A DNA stretch of 64,000 nucleotides from Callorhinchus milii (lineage: Eukaryota), in the NCBI RefSeq assembly GCF_018977255.1, contig NW_024704744.1, positions 57,412,001 through 57,476,000 of the forward strand, written 5' to 3'. Under the pieces are notes generated by a model that was not told the origin of the DNA, did no database searches, and was given only the letters and a program-made list of their open reading frames with translations. The translations under genes were made by a program, and so were the position numbers. Below are positions 39,201-48,643 of this stretch, piece after piece. How positions within the stretch are numbered: position 1 is the first letter of the stretch; every line of letters starts with the position of its first letter.

Positions 39201-42200
39201 GGGGGAAATGGTCAGGGTGAGGGAGGGAAGGGAGGGAGCGAGGAGGAGGAAGAGAGTCGAGAGGGGAGCTGAAGGCACGGTCAAAGAGAAAGGTTTTGAG
39301 ACCGGCCTTGAAGGAGGAAAGGGAGGAGGCGGCAAAGGCACTGGGGGATGGAGTTCCAGAGCCTCGGGGCTGAGAGGCTGAAGGCCCGACCACCGATGGT
39401 AGGGCGGTTGGGGCGGGGGACGTGGAAGTTAACCCCATGTTTGCGGATGATGTCACCGAGGGGGAGCATATAGAGGGTGAAGAGGAGGGGACCGAGGACA
39501 GAGCCCTGAGGGACACCACATGAGACAGTACGGGGGGTGGAGGAGAAGCCATTCGTTGAGACAAAGTGAAGACGGTGAGAAAGGTACGACCTAAACCATT
39601 CAAGGACAGTGCCTTGAAGGTTGAGGTGGGAGGACAAGCGGTGGAGTAGGATAGCGTGGTCGACCGTATCGAATGCTGCCGATAGGTCGAGGAGGACGAG
39701 GAGACAGAGGGAGCCCTGGTCACAGATGGTCAGGATATCATTGGTGACCTTGACCAGGGCAGTTTCTGTGCTATGGGCAGCACGGAAACCTGACTGAAGG
39801 GGTTCGAAAAGAGAATGGGTGGAAAGGAAAGAGCGCAGTTGGGAGGCGACAACTCTTTCCAAGACCTTGGAGAGAAAGGGGAGGTTGGAGATGGGCCGGT
39901 AGCTTGATAGCTGCGACGCATCAAGGGAGGGTTTTTTCAGGGTGGGCGTGATGATGGCAGTTTTTAATGGAATGGGGACAGAGCCAGAGGAGAGGGACAG
40001 GTTGATGATGTCAGTGATATGTGGGGCAAGAAAGTGGAGCTGGGAGATAAGGAGTGGAGTGGGGATGGGGTCAAGGGAGCAGGTGGTTGGTTTTAGGGAT
40101 AGGATGAGTTCAGTGACAGAGGGTGGGGAAACGGGTACGAAGGTGTGTAGGGGAGGATGGGTAGGAGTCGGAGTGTGGGAGGGAAGGGGTGGGTGGTGGG
40201 TGGAAGTTGGAGGGGAAGTGACCGCGGAGCGGATTCCCTTGATCTTGGATTCAAGGAAATCCAGCATCTCCTCGCAGTGAAGGTTGGAGGAGATGACCTG
40301 CGCGGGGTGGCGGGGGGGACGGAGGAGTCGGGTTGTGGTGGAAAACAGTAGCCTGGGGTTGTTCTTCGCCTCCAGGAGAGTAGAAGGACGACTTGGCCGA
40401 GGCTAGAGTGGAGCGGTAAATTTTGAGGAGGTCCAGCCAGATTTGTCGGTGGACCGTTAGGCCAGATTTGACACAGGTGCGTTCAGCAGCCCGCACCTGG
40501 CTTTTCAGTGAGCGGAGGTGGGTGGTGTACCAGGGGGAGGAGCGGGAGTAGGAGACAGTGCGGGAAGTGATGGGGGCAAGAGTATCGAGTGTGGAGGAGA
40601 GGGTATTGTGGAGGAGGGAGAGAGGAGAAGAGGGGTCAGTGAGGGTTGAAGGCCAGAGGGAGAGGAGTTCAGAGGACTCCAAGGCATCGGTTAGGGATTG
40701 TGGGGGTAACTTCTTCCAATATACAAATATACAGTCAATTCACTTTACAGTGTGTTCTGTGAAGCACTTTGGGACGCCCTCCCGACGTGAAAAGCGCTAT
40801 ATCAAATGCAAGGATTATTATTATTATAAAATATTTTGTGAATGCTATTCTCATTATTTTAATGTTAATGCGATTCCCGAGCAGGACGAAACCTTAGGCA
40901 AGTTTCCTTACTCCATACGCCTCTGTTCACCTTGCAGTAAGTATGAACCTTGTTGTTAGTTGATTGCCGGATCGTTTTTCCGGGGGTAATAATCCCTTCA
41001 AAAAAAATTTGGTCACTCAATCCACGACTGTGGGACAATGCTGTGTGCAATTGTCCACGTTTTGCGCACAAAATATACAGTCAATCCACTTTAAATTACG
41101 TATATCCTGTGAAGCACTTTGAGACATCTCGAAGACGCGATGAAGCCCTATCTCAAATGCAAGGATTATTATTATTATAACAGATTTTATATTCTATAAT
41201 ATGGTCCACCGCAATCTTCGTATATTTGTTTTTAAAAAATAACCTTGTGCTTTACTTTGGATATTAGAAAATTAGAATATTTCTCTCTTATCTTATTGTT
41301 TAATCAGCTGTACGTACTTCTAATCCCACCATACCTGGAGTCTGGGTTTATGAAGAGATGTTCAGGGCTGATTTGTATAAGGCTACTACTTCATCTCCAA
41401 CTGTTGGAACCAACCCTCAATGGATATGGGTACATGCCTGATTATGCATAGGAGAATAATAATCTTTGCATTTTTTATATAGCGTTGGGACATCTCAAAG
41501 CGCTTCACAGAATATACTGTAAAGTGGATTAACCATGTATTTTGTGGACAAAACGCGGCAGCCAATTGCGCATAGCAATGTCCCACAAACATTGCTAACA
41601 TCACTTTTTTTCCATCTCTGAACATTGCCCACTTAAGTGTTGACCTCACCCCACTGTGCCAAATGTCATTTACACATACCTATACACCCCTCCTACACAC
41701 ACACGACAACTTTTCAATTAAAAAAATGTCACAGTAGTAGTGAAAAAATTAACTAATTATTTCTGGAAAAATCTGCTTCATAACTCTTTACATTGAGGAC
41801 AAGGGATACCTATAAGTATCCATACCAAGGGATCCATAGAGAATACTGTGGTTGGCCTGCAGTAATACATAAGCAGTAATTGAATCAAGGGGTATTATAA
41901 ACAAACCAAGAGAGTTTGGCTTTTCAATAACGGAAACCACATCTTAAATTACTGACTCAACTCTCACTAATAACAATATTTTGTTATACGTTACACATAC
42001 GATGTAGTGCTCATCTACCAAAACATATAGCTGTACTGTGATACCATACTAGCATTTTTTTCGTAATAGTATTCTTCATCTGCTGAGAAGTAAAGCTTGC
42101 CAATGATCCATGTGATGATAATAATAAATAATACTTATATTTGACAAAGCGTACCTTGAAGACGTGATAAGGCCCTTTATCAAATTCAAGGATTATATTA

Positions 42201-45200
42201 TTATTATCATCATGTCTTCAAAGTGCTTCATAGAATATACAGTAAAGTGAATTGCCTGTATATTTTGTGGGTGAAACGGGGCAGCCATCTGTGTCCCACA
42301 AATAGTTGTGGAATGAGTGACCACATTTTTTAAACCCCCAGAAAAGCAATCTGCCAATTGACTAAAGACCGGGTTCCTACTTACTGCTAGGTAAACCAAG
42401 TAAGGAAACTTGCCCAACATTTTACTCTGCTTGGGAATCAAACCCAGATCCTCTCGCTTGCGAAGCGAGTGCTCTAACCACTAAAGTACAGGACTCCGTA
42501 ATGTAACAATCCTTGTATTTGATACGCTTTTTACATCAAGATATAATGAGACAAGCTCGGACTCTTCAGTTTTAAGAAGACTCAAAGAAGACCTCATAGA
42601 GCTATTACAAATTTTAAATGAGGTTGAAAAAAAATAGAAGAACAGTTTAGGATGTATCAAGACAGTAAAACAAGATGACAAAGGTTTAGAGTTGCAAAAG
42701 GCAATTTCAGAAAAAATACCAGAATGTTTTTCTTTATGTAATAATAATAATAACTGGAACACATTGCCAGGAGAAGTGGTAGAGACTTATTTAAAAGCCA
42801 TCTTAATGCAGTAATGAAGGGACCATAGGGTGGGTGATCCGGAGGAATGAGATCAAATGAGCTGAACTGCTTTTTTCATCCAGATCAATCTGGCAGTCCT
42901 GAAAGGGTGACATTACATCATGGAGGACCTTTAACGGCCACTTGAACAATCAAGCGGACATCAAAGATTACCTCAATTTAACATCTTATCTGAAGAACGT
43001 CACCTCTGGGCAGTGCTCCACCAGCACTGCACTTGAGTGTCAGTTCAAGTCCCAACTCGGGGCTTCAAACCACAACTTTCTGATTGAGAAGCGAAAGTGC
43101 TATTAAATGAACTTGGTTGACAATGTAATGCAGACAAGTGACCCACTCATAATTCATCTTTTAAATCCAGATAAATCCGCACAAGTCGCCTCGTTATAAA
43201 TCATATAATTGCCGAAGTTGTACGTGCACCCAAGTCCCATTCATTTTCCTACCAAAAAACACATAAATAGATTTTTTGCACTAGTTGTATTTTACAAGTT
43301 GGATAAACAGCTAATTATAAGGTTTTTTTGGTCCCAATTAATCCTAAATTGTAATGCAAATCGTCTCCCAACTCATATTGTCACTACTGCACTTACAAGC
43401 TGCATTGATGATGTACCATAGGTGCAGTGCTGCATTGAAACAAGAGCGGGAAATGAGGTCATGACCCGTCATCATGGTACTGTACAATGTAAAGGCCCAA
43501 AGACAGCTCGAGGTACTGGATTTATTCTTTGCTTAAAAATGTCAAGTGGATGTCTGTAATAATGTAGAAATTTAAATAGAAATCTAAAAGAGGCACTGGC
43601 TCTGAAAGCACCATCATGGTACCACAAAAGGCAAACTTTACACAACTCCGCGCAAGTTGTGTTAAGTCAACTGATACGATTTATGTGAATTTACCTGTAG
43701 TACTGATGTATATGAGGACATTTATTTTGTGGCAGCAAAATACAAGAAATAGTAATACACATCGAGAAACAGTAATTTCATCAAAGACTCATCAAGAGTT
43801 TAAATATTTAATCTAAGAACAGTTTAAGCCCCCAAATAACATTGCACTTCAAAATTACAAGCACACATCCATTACTTTTCTCTGCTATTGAAATTTTGTT
43901 TATTACTACAAAAATATACAGCAGCAAGCAAAGAACTTGTTATATCCAAACAAACAGTCACCCAATATTAAATTTATCATACAGATATTATCCAACACAA
44001 ATTAGTTTACATACAGGGCAATTTTCTAATAGTCCCAAAGCTTTTACTAACTATTCTTGCCATGTTGTTTTTCTATCCTATTTCAATATATTCTGGCAAA
44101 CAAAAATTAACAAGCGTGCTTGAAAGCCAAGTCTTAGTTACACCGCCCAAGTCGTCCCGTTATAAATCATAATTGCCTAAGTTGTATGTGCACCATTGTA
44201 TCTGGTCTGAAAAACGGAATTGAGCTACTGGCTCCATAAGTAGGATGACCATACATCCCTGATTACCGCAGACAGTCCCGGGATGAGTTATTGTGACCCT
44301 GGACAAGTTTGCCTGGTTTTGAGTTCAGCAACAAACTGAGCAACAATAAAAACTAAAATAAATAACTCATCATAGAAACACAGCCGTTAATCTACCAAGC
44401 TTCTCGAGTACTCCCAGTACCAGGAATTGTGGTGAGGTTAATTTTTTTTAAAAAAAGTACATGTAGCCAGATTTGACAGGATGACAAAACAGAGTCACCC
44501 TATATATTATATTCATAGGCGAGTTAGATTTTGTTGTAATGAAGTATCATGGGCATTAATAAAGTAGAAAGGTGAAGAGTTAAAACACTCCTATCAACCT
44601 CATAATACATTCAAACCACCAATTACTTCAAACAATTTTGCAACATCAATCACAATAAACAAGATAGCCATCTGGAAAATAAGGAAAAAAAGTTGACAAC
44701 TCCAGACACTGGAACACACAATCTCGGTTCCCCAAGTCTTGGCTTTTGCCAACCTCAAGGTAGGTACATCCCTTTGGGGAGAGAGCATGTATTCCATTCC
44801 AGACATGAGAATTTCCACAGGTGGATGCAGGCACAGTACTCTCAGTCTGGTTCGGGTATTCTTTAAGCATGGCGATGAGTTTCGGCATGGGTCAGACACC
44901 TGGCTAACCAAAAACAATCAGGCTAAACAAAATAGCCATTTGGAAAATGAGTAAAAATTTACAACCCAAGCAAGCAAAAAGTTTCCAGTTTTAATTACAG
45001 TACTTTGAAGCTCCCACAAATGCAATTCTCATCCTTTTCAAGTTCCTCCACAATATTGCCCAACTCCACTACTGCCTCTCCCCTCAGCCGCCAAAGTCCT
45101 CATCCACACATTTATTACATCTAGGCTCGACTCCGCCAACTCCCTGCTTGTCGGCCTTGCCAACTCTTCTCTCCACAAGTTGCAGATCATCCAGAACTCT

Positions 45201-48063
45201 GAAGCTCACGTCCTCTCCCGCACAGGCTCTGTGAACCTATCGCCTCCACTCTCGCCCGGTTCCACTGGCTCCCCATGCCCAGAGGATGGAGTTCAAAATC
45301 CTCGACCTCTTGTTCAAAGCCCTCCATGGCCTTGCTCCTTCCTTGCTCTGTGACCTGCTAACACCAAATCAACCTGCCACTCCCTCTGCTCAGCAGGCTC
45401 CAGCCAGCCTGTTCCACGTCCCGTACCCGGCCCGCCCGACCATCGGCGGTCAGGCCTTCTGTCTTTTTGCCCCCACTCTTTGGAACTCCATCCCACAGTC
45501 TTCTTGCCTTGCTCTCCTAGTTGACCATACCTTCAGTCACCTACCTACCCCTATCCTCCACACCTCCTGATCCCAACTCCCTGCTCGGGTCCAAATCCCT
45601 GACTGCCCAGCGCCTTGGGACGTCCTCCTGACGTGAAAGGCGCTATACAACTGTAATTTGTTGTTGTTTGAATATTTTTCATTATAACACATCTCAGCTT
45701 TTACTAAGTTTTAATGAGAAACTAAGTGTGAAATCCATTTTTGCTAAAATGTTTGCATGCAATGCACACACATATTACACATCTCTGTCTTGAGACCCCA
45801 ATTTCAATAAAAACATATCACATACAAAAATGAAAATATTTGGCAAAAGAAAGTTTATGCAAAAAGTGATAGATGTCATGTCTCTTTATAACAACAACAA
45901 AATTACATTTGTATAGCGCCTTTCACGTAGGGAGGACGTCCCGAGGCGCTGGACAGTCAGTGTTTCTTATACAATTTATGTTTGGAAAAACAGACCATTT
46001 TAATGAAATTTAAATCCTGAATTTGCAAAATTAAGTAACCAATGGATTATGGTCTCACCACAAACATTTTAACTTGTGTAAACAAATAATGGCAGAGTTT
46101 ACCAATGTCGTTATCCATTCAATATTAGTCAATATTTCCAAACAAGACACTTCAGCTTCTTTCACTTCCCAGACACAAGTGGAAATGGGAAACCTTCTCC
46201 AGATCTCTGCGACTGCTGCTTGATCTGTTTGATGCATTTATATTGCTATGTCATCATTCAATTTTCATCTTTTTAGGCTTCTGCAAAATGATTTATGTAC
46301 TTGAAAGTACAGATATACCATGATGATAGCAAACATTGCAGCCCCAAACATCATGTCATTGTAAATTTCCATGAAATTCATCCACTATATAATCGCAGTA
46401 ACCTTTCTGTCTGTGTCATCTTCATCAATAAACAGCTCTTTCATTTCTTGTTTATTGTCTCAGATATTTGTGACAGTGGTTGAACCAACATGGGGTTCAA
46501 TTATATGGCCATAATTTATATGTCAGTCTGGCGCACTCTTGCCTCTGAGTCAAGCTCCATGTCGAGACTTGGAATCATATGGTCTAAGCTCACGCTCCAA
46601 TGCAGTGCTGGGGGTACTGCATTGTTGGAGGTGACGTCCTTTGAGTGATTTGTTAAACCGAAGTACCAGCTGCCTGTTCAGGTGGACGTTAAAGCTCCCA
46701 TAGCACTATTCTAAAAGAGAAGGGCATTTCTCCCGGTGTCCTGGCCAACAAGTCCCCAAATAAAATTGGTCACTCACTCCATGGCTGTTTGTGTGAATTT
46801 GCTGTGTCAACGTTGCCACGTTTTGTCCATAAAATACATAGTCAATCCACTTTACACTATATCGTGTGAAGCACTTTGAGGCGTCTCAATGACATGAAAG
46901 ACGTTATATCAAATGTAAGGATTATTATGATACCGTACAAGATTCTACACGTGTAGCTAACTGAATAACCAATGTCATACTGGGATTCATTTACTTAAAT
47001 GCACTATTGGTAAGGACTTGCACTTTAACACCTATGAAGTCAAAATAACAAGCAAAAGGTAAAAACAAGAATGATAGAAGATAATTGATTCTTCAAAGTG
47101 AATTTTGAAAGTAGAAACTGAATGGAGAAGTTTCAAAAAGCGCCACAAAACAGAAAAACAACCAAACATTCAAGCAGTTTTGACAGTGTTGTCGTCCAAT
47201 CTCAGAGGTTGAATTAATGGCTGAGCAATATCTAAAAAATGTCTTCAAATGACAACTATCCTGGGAATAATCATTTTTGTAAGATAGTACCAGGCAGCAT
47301 TGGATAAGAAACATTATTTTAAACGAAAGTTTATCGGTTCAGAATTACTGTAGGATCTGCTTTGTAGTAGCAGATAAGACAATTTACAGTTGTGGTAGAT
47401 ATCTACATGTAAAGTCGGAAAGAAGACGCACCTGGTTTGTTTAACAAGAGGAGCCACCAGCACCCAAACCACCAAAGACTTGTTTTTACAAAAAAGGACT
47501 GGATTTCTGGGGGGAGGGGAGGGGAGGGGGGCAAGAAATGTGGAAATATAACGGTTTTGTTAGGATGCAAAGGTTAGAAATGTTAACGTTTGTGCCGGTG
47601 ACACGGCAGCTTTCGGGCTTCTTCACCATCGGTTGAGTCAATGCCTCTCACCCGCTGACGATTGGGGGCAACGCTATCTAACGTGAAAGCCGCCGCTGCT
47701 GTTTGTGAACCCCCCACCGCCCACCGCTGATGGTCCAAAAGTCAGGGCCGTGCAACGTTTACCCCCCACCACCGACTCCGGCAGCAGAGCGTTTTGAAGC
47801 CCGAGTCTCACCTCGCTGTTGTGGCCTCGGAGGTTGAAGTTGATCCTCTGCGGAGTGCTGCGCTCTCTCCTGCAGTGACTGGCGGTGAAAGTCACGCCGA
47901 CCACCCCTCTGCCGTTGCCGGTAGCCAGCCAGCCTTCCTCGTAGTAACGGCGCCGGCAGACGGGCTTTTCCTTCTCGCTCTTGGGCACTCGGCCCTTCCA
48001 GGACAGGCAGAGGATGTTGGAGTCGCTGCACAGCACAGGGCCCTGCTCCGCCGCCGCGAACAT
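107..48063 (-). CDS. TULP4: Tubby-related protein 4 (WD40 repeats, SOCS box, C-terminal tubby-like domain); 14 coding exons, 4632 nt, 1543 aa
   Basis: The spliced translation [49 protein letters not shown]...[53 protein letters not shown] matches the vertebrate TULP4 I recall. All 13 introns are GT-AG with compatible phases. Confidence 0.98.
314..410 (+). mobile_element. L2-clade LINE 3' tail with (TTG)n
   Basis: CAGCGCCTTGGGACGTCCTCCTGACGTGAAAGGCGCTCTATAAATG...(TTG)n, near-identical to the tail of the L2 at 39107. Confidence 0.85.
530..1165 (-). mobile_element. Decayed L2-clade LINE RT fragments
   Basis: Peptides [19 protein letters not shown] and [12 protein letters not shown]. Confidence 0.75.
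1909..4409 (-). CDS. TULP4: TULP4 coding exon 13 (2501 nt; Pro/Ser/Gln-rich region plus start of the tubby-like domain)
   Basis: Lies within the 860-aa ORF 1900..4482; acag|(V)[15 protein letters not shown]...[10 protein letters not shown]|gtattg. Confidence 0.96.
5538..6142 (+). mobile_element. Solo-LTR-like element
   Basis: TGTGAC...GTTACA termini, internal GGGGTATAAAT TATA box then ATTAAA; target-site duplication not clean. Confidence 0.55.
6196..6530. mobile_element. Solo-LTR-like element inserted in an L2 tail
   Basis: Imperfect inverted termini TGTTATATTA...TATTGTGACA, flanked by GAGCG/GAGCC (4 of 5 match for a TSD). Confidence 0.5.
8144..8287 (-). CDS. TULP4: TULP4 coding exon 12 (144 nt)
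   Basis: ttcag|(V)[23 protein letters not shown]...FSEDEDDLA+G|gtgagc. Confidence 0.96.
9315..9408 (-). CDS. TULP4: TULP4 coding exon 11 (94 nt)
   Basis: ttcag|[31 protein letters not shown]+G|gtatga; not in the ORF track. Confidence 0.95.
9510..10030. repeat. Copy of the unidentified dispersed repeat family (related to 28970-29600, 27110-27185 and 44680-44912)
   Basis: Shared blocks ATCACCATGCTT..GAGTATCCAA, TCTCCCTGGAGGG, TTGCTTGTCCAGCTnGGACCA and GCCYTGGARTACTGC. Confidence 0.75.
10625..10769 (-). CDS. TULP4: TULP4 coding exon 10 (145 nt)
   Basis: ccag|(R)[25 protein letters not shown]...FPLEDITQ|gtatgc. Confidence 0.95.
11802..11946 (-). CDS. TULP4: TULP4 coding exon 9 (145 nt)
   Basis: ttag|(D)[29 protein letters not shown]...SKSPKLP+AG|gtacac. 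Confidence 0.95.
13127..13361 (-). CDS. TULP4: TULP4 coding exon 8 (235 nt)
   Basis: ttag|[25 protein letters not shown]...DPKTDGKA+G|gtatga. Confidence 0.96.
15410..15792 (+). mobile_element. L2-clade LINE 3' fragment
   Basis: [23 protein letters not shown] plus the family 3' tail. Confidence 0.8.
16319..17028 (+). mobile_element. Solo-LTR-like element
   Basis: Inverted termini TGTGAGATT...AATCTCTTACA; CATAAAA and a downstream AATAAA near 16945. Confidence 0.5.
17272..17496 (-). CDS. TULP4: TULP4 coding exon 7 (225 nt; SOCS box [10 protein letters not shown]...LPPRLCSYL)
   Basis: acag|[20 protein letters not shown]...AAFVSTIK|gtaatt. Confidence 0.96.
17936..18102 (-). CDS. TULP4: TULP4 coding exon 6 (167 nt)
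   Basis: ttaag|(D)[20 protein letters not shown]...YRLESPTQ|gtagga; AAG-type acceptor. Confidence 0.94.
19110..20172 (+). mobile_element. CR1-type LINE, 5'-truncated and decayed RT/3' end
   Basis: [60 protein letters not shown]; ends in TTCTATGATTCTATG. Confidence 0.92.
20599..20733 (-). CDS. TULP4: TULP4 coding exon 5 (135 nt)
   Basis: ccag|(D)[44 protein letters not shown]+G|gtgagc. Confidence 0.95.
20960..21337 (-). mobile_element. tRNA-derived SINE (longer, older subfamily)
   Basis: Head GGAGTCCTGTAGCT, family core and L2-like tail. Confidence 0.8.
22306..22486 (-). CDS. TULP4: TULP4 coding exon 4 (181 nt)
   Basis: gcag|[23 protein letters not shown]...SDDYSPPQ+G|gtatt. Confidence 0.96.
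24147..24512 (-). mobile_element. tRNA-derived SINE, 20 nt from the exon 3 donor
   Basis: GTCCTGTAGCTCAGTGGTTAGAGCACTCGCCTTGCAAG head and (TTA)n tail. Confidence 0.88.
24533..24694 (-). CDS. TULP4: TULP4 coding exon 3 (162 nt)
   Basis: tttag|[54 protein letters not shown]|gtacta. Confidence 0.96.
24788..25772 (+). mobile_element. Decayed L2-clade LINE RT fragment
   Basis: [45 protein letters not shown]. Confidence 0.9.
25997..26125 (-). CDS. TULP4: TULP4 coding exon 2 (129 nt)
   Basis: ttcag|[43 protein letters not shown]|gtaatt; not in the ORF track. Confidence 0.96.
26850..27493 (+). mobile_element. Fragment of the unidentified family, followed by a polypurine tract and an LTR-like sequence (27202-27493)
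   Basis: AGGGGAGTGGA|TG start, GTATAAGAGGGG, AATAAA, end GTAACA; the upstream part is similar to 28700-29030 on the opposite strand. Confidence 0.5.
28700..29600. repeat. Longest copy of the unidentified, possibly coding repeat family
   Basis: ORFs 28995..29216 and 29259..29594 share one frame separated by a single TGA; similar to three other loci in the window. Confidence 0.7.
29665..29968 (+). mobile_element. tRNA-derived SINE
   Basis: Family head, core and tail. Confidence 0.85.
33233..33526 (+). mobile_element. tRNA-derived SINE, slightly 5'-truncated, young subfamily
   Basis: Near-identical to 36799-37129. Confidence 0.9.
33785..34720 (-). mobile_element. L2-clade LINE 3' fragment
   Basis: [34 protein letters not shown] and the family tail. 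Confidence 0.9.
36799..37129 (+). mobile_element. Full-length tRNA(Ala-TGC-like)-derived SINE with Deu-like core and L2-derived tail
   Basis: A box TAGCTCAGTGG, B-box-like GTTCAATTCC, core TGTTTGTGGGACATTGCTGTGCGCAATTGGCTGCCGCGTT, tail AGCGCTTTGGGACGTCCTCCCGACGTGAAAAGCGCTATAT, then (TTA)n. Confidence 0.92.
37130..38320 (-). mobile_element. L2-clade LINE RT/3' fragment
   Basis: [34 protein letters not shown]. Confidence 0.9.
38886..40828 (+). mobile_element. SINE split by an L2 insertion (5' half 38886-39106, 3' half 40723-40828)
   Basis: The two halves join into the family consensus; ACAAATA is duplicated at both junctions. Confidence 0.88.
39107..40722 (-). mobile_element. Young 5'-truncated L2-clade LINE with an internal deletion
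   Basis: 328-aa ORF with [43 protein letters not shown] and [13 protein letters not shown]; (TTG)n tail. Confidence 0.95.
40868..42497. mobile_element. Cluster of older SINE copies (about 40868-41180 +, 41455-41592 -, 42115-42497 -)
   Basis: Family head, core and tail motifs. Confidence 0.75.
44680..44912. repeat. Copy of the unidentified family, inverted relative to 28970-29200
   Basis: AAGCATGGCGATGAGTTTCGGCATGGGTCAGACACCTGG and CCCCAAGTCTTGGCTTTTGCCAACCT match the 29 kb copy. Confidence 0.7.
45045..45668 (+). mobile_element. L2-clade LINE 3' fragment
   Basis: [26 protein letters not shown] and the family tail. Confidence 0.88.
46525..46930 (+). mobile_element. Older Deu-type SINE (similar copies near 20300-20470, 23600-23850, 31020-31195, 42920-43120 and 50570-50870)
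   Basis: GCACTCTTGCCTCTGAGTCA head, CTGCCTGTTCAGGTGGACGTTAAAG and CCCGGTGTCCTGGCCAACA blocks typical of DeuSINEs. Confidence 0.65.
47812..48063 (-). CDS. TULP4: TULP4 coding exon 1 (252 nt, ATG at 48063)
   Basis: [10 protein letters not shown]...NLRGHNSE, then donor GAG|GTGAGA. Confidence 0.96.
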
Positions 48064-48561
48064 CCCTGTGGGGCCGCGGCCCGGCGGGCGCGCGGGGGGG
48101 CGGCCGGACATCAAACACGCGTCCGGGGGCGCCTTCCCGAGGAGGCGACCGCGGGCTCACACGGGCGAAACCATCGGGGGCCGAGACCAGGGGAAGGGAG
48201 GCGGCGGCGGGGAAGCGGCGACTAACTCTCACACCTGTAGCCGGGACACCAGGGGCGGGCGGGCGGGCGGGCGGGAGGGAGGGAGAGAGGGAGGGCTGTG
48301 AGGTGCGGGGGGGGGGGGGGGGGAGTGAGCGAAGGCGCTTTGGGTCTCCGTCCAGCTGTCAGCTCGCCGCTCAGCAGTTTCTCCGGGGCTCGTACAGCCC
48401 CGGCGGGCGGGGGGGGGGGGAGGGTGAGGAGGGAGGGAGGGTGAGGGTGAGGGGGGAGAGTGTGTAGCTGACGGTGGTTGGGTGTACAGACGGGAAGGCG
48501 GTTTATGCTGAACTGAAGCGCGCCTCCATGCGAAGCCGCCGCCGCCGCCGCCGGGAGCAAA

Positions 48562-48643
48562 CGCTCGAGCCGCCGCTGCCCGTTACCCCGGGCTCCGCTC
48601 GAGCCGCCGCTGCCCGTTACCCCGGGCTCCGCTCGAGCCGCCG
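48562..48643. repeat. Perfect 34-bp tandem repeat, about 2.4 copies, next to (GCC)6
   Basis: Unit CGCTCGAGCCGCCGCTGCCCGTTACCCCGGGCTC starts at 48562 and 48596, with a partial copy at 48630. Confidence 0.9.

Noticed and set aside
44241-44503. Possible hAT-type MITE (TAGGATGACCA...GTCACCCTA)
   Set aside because: The termini are too degenerate and there is no clear TSD
46055-46480. Coding-looking purine-rich minus-strand stretch ([13 protein letters not shown]...)
   Set aside because: Multiple stops and no recognisable family
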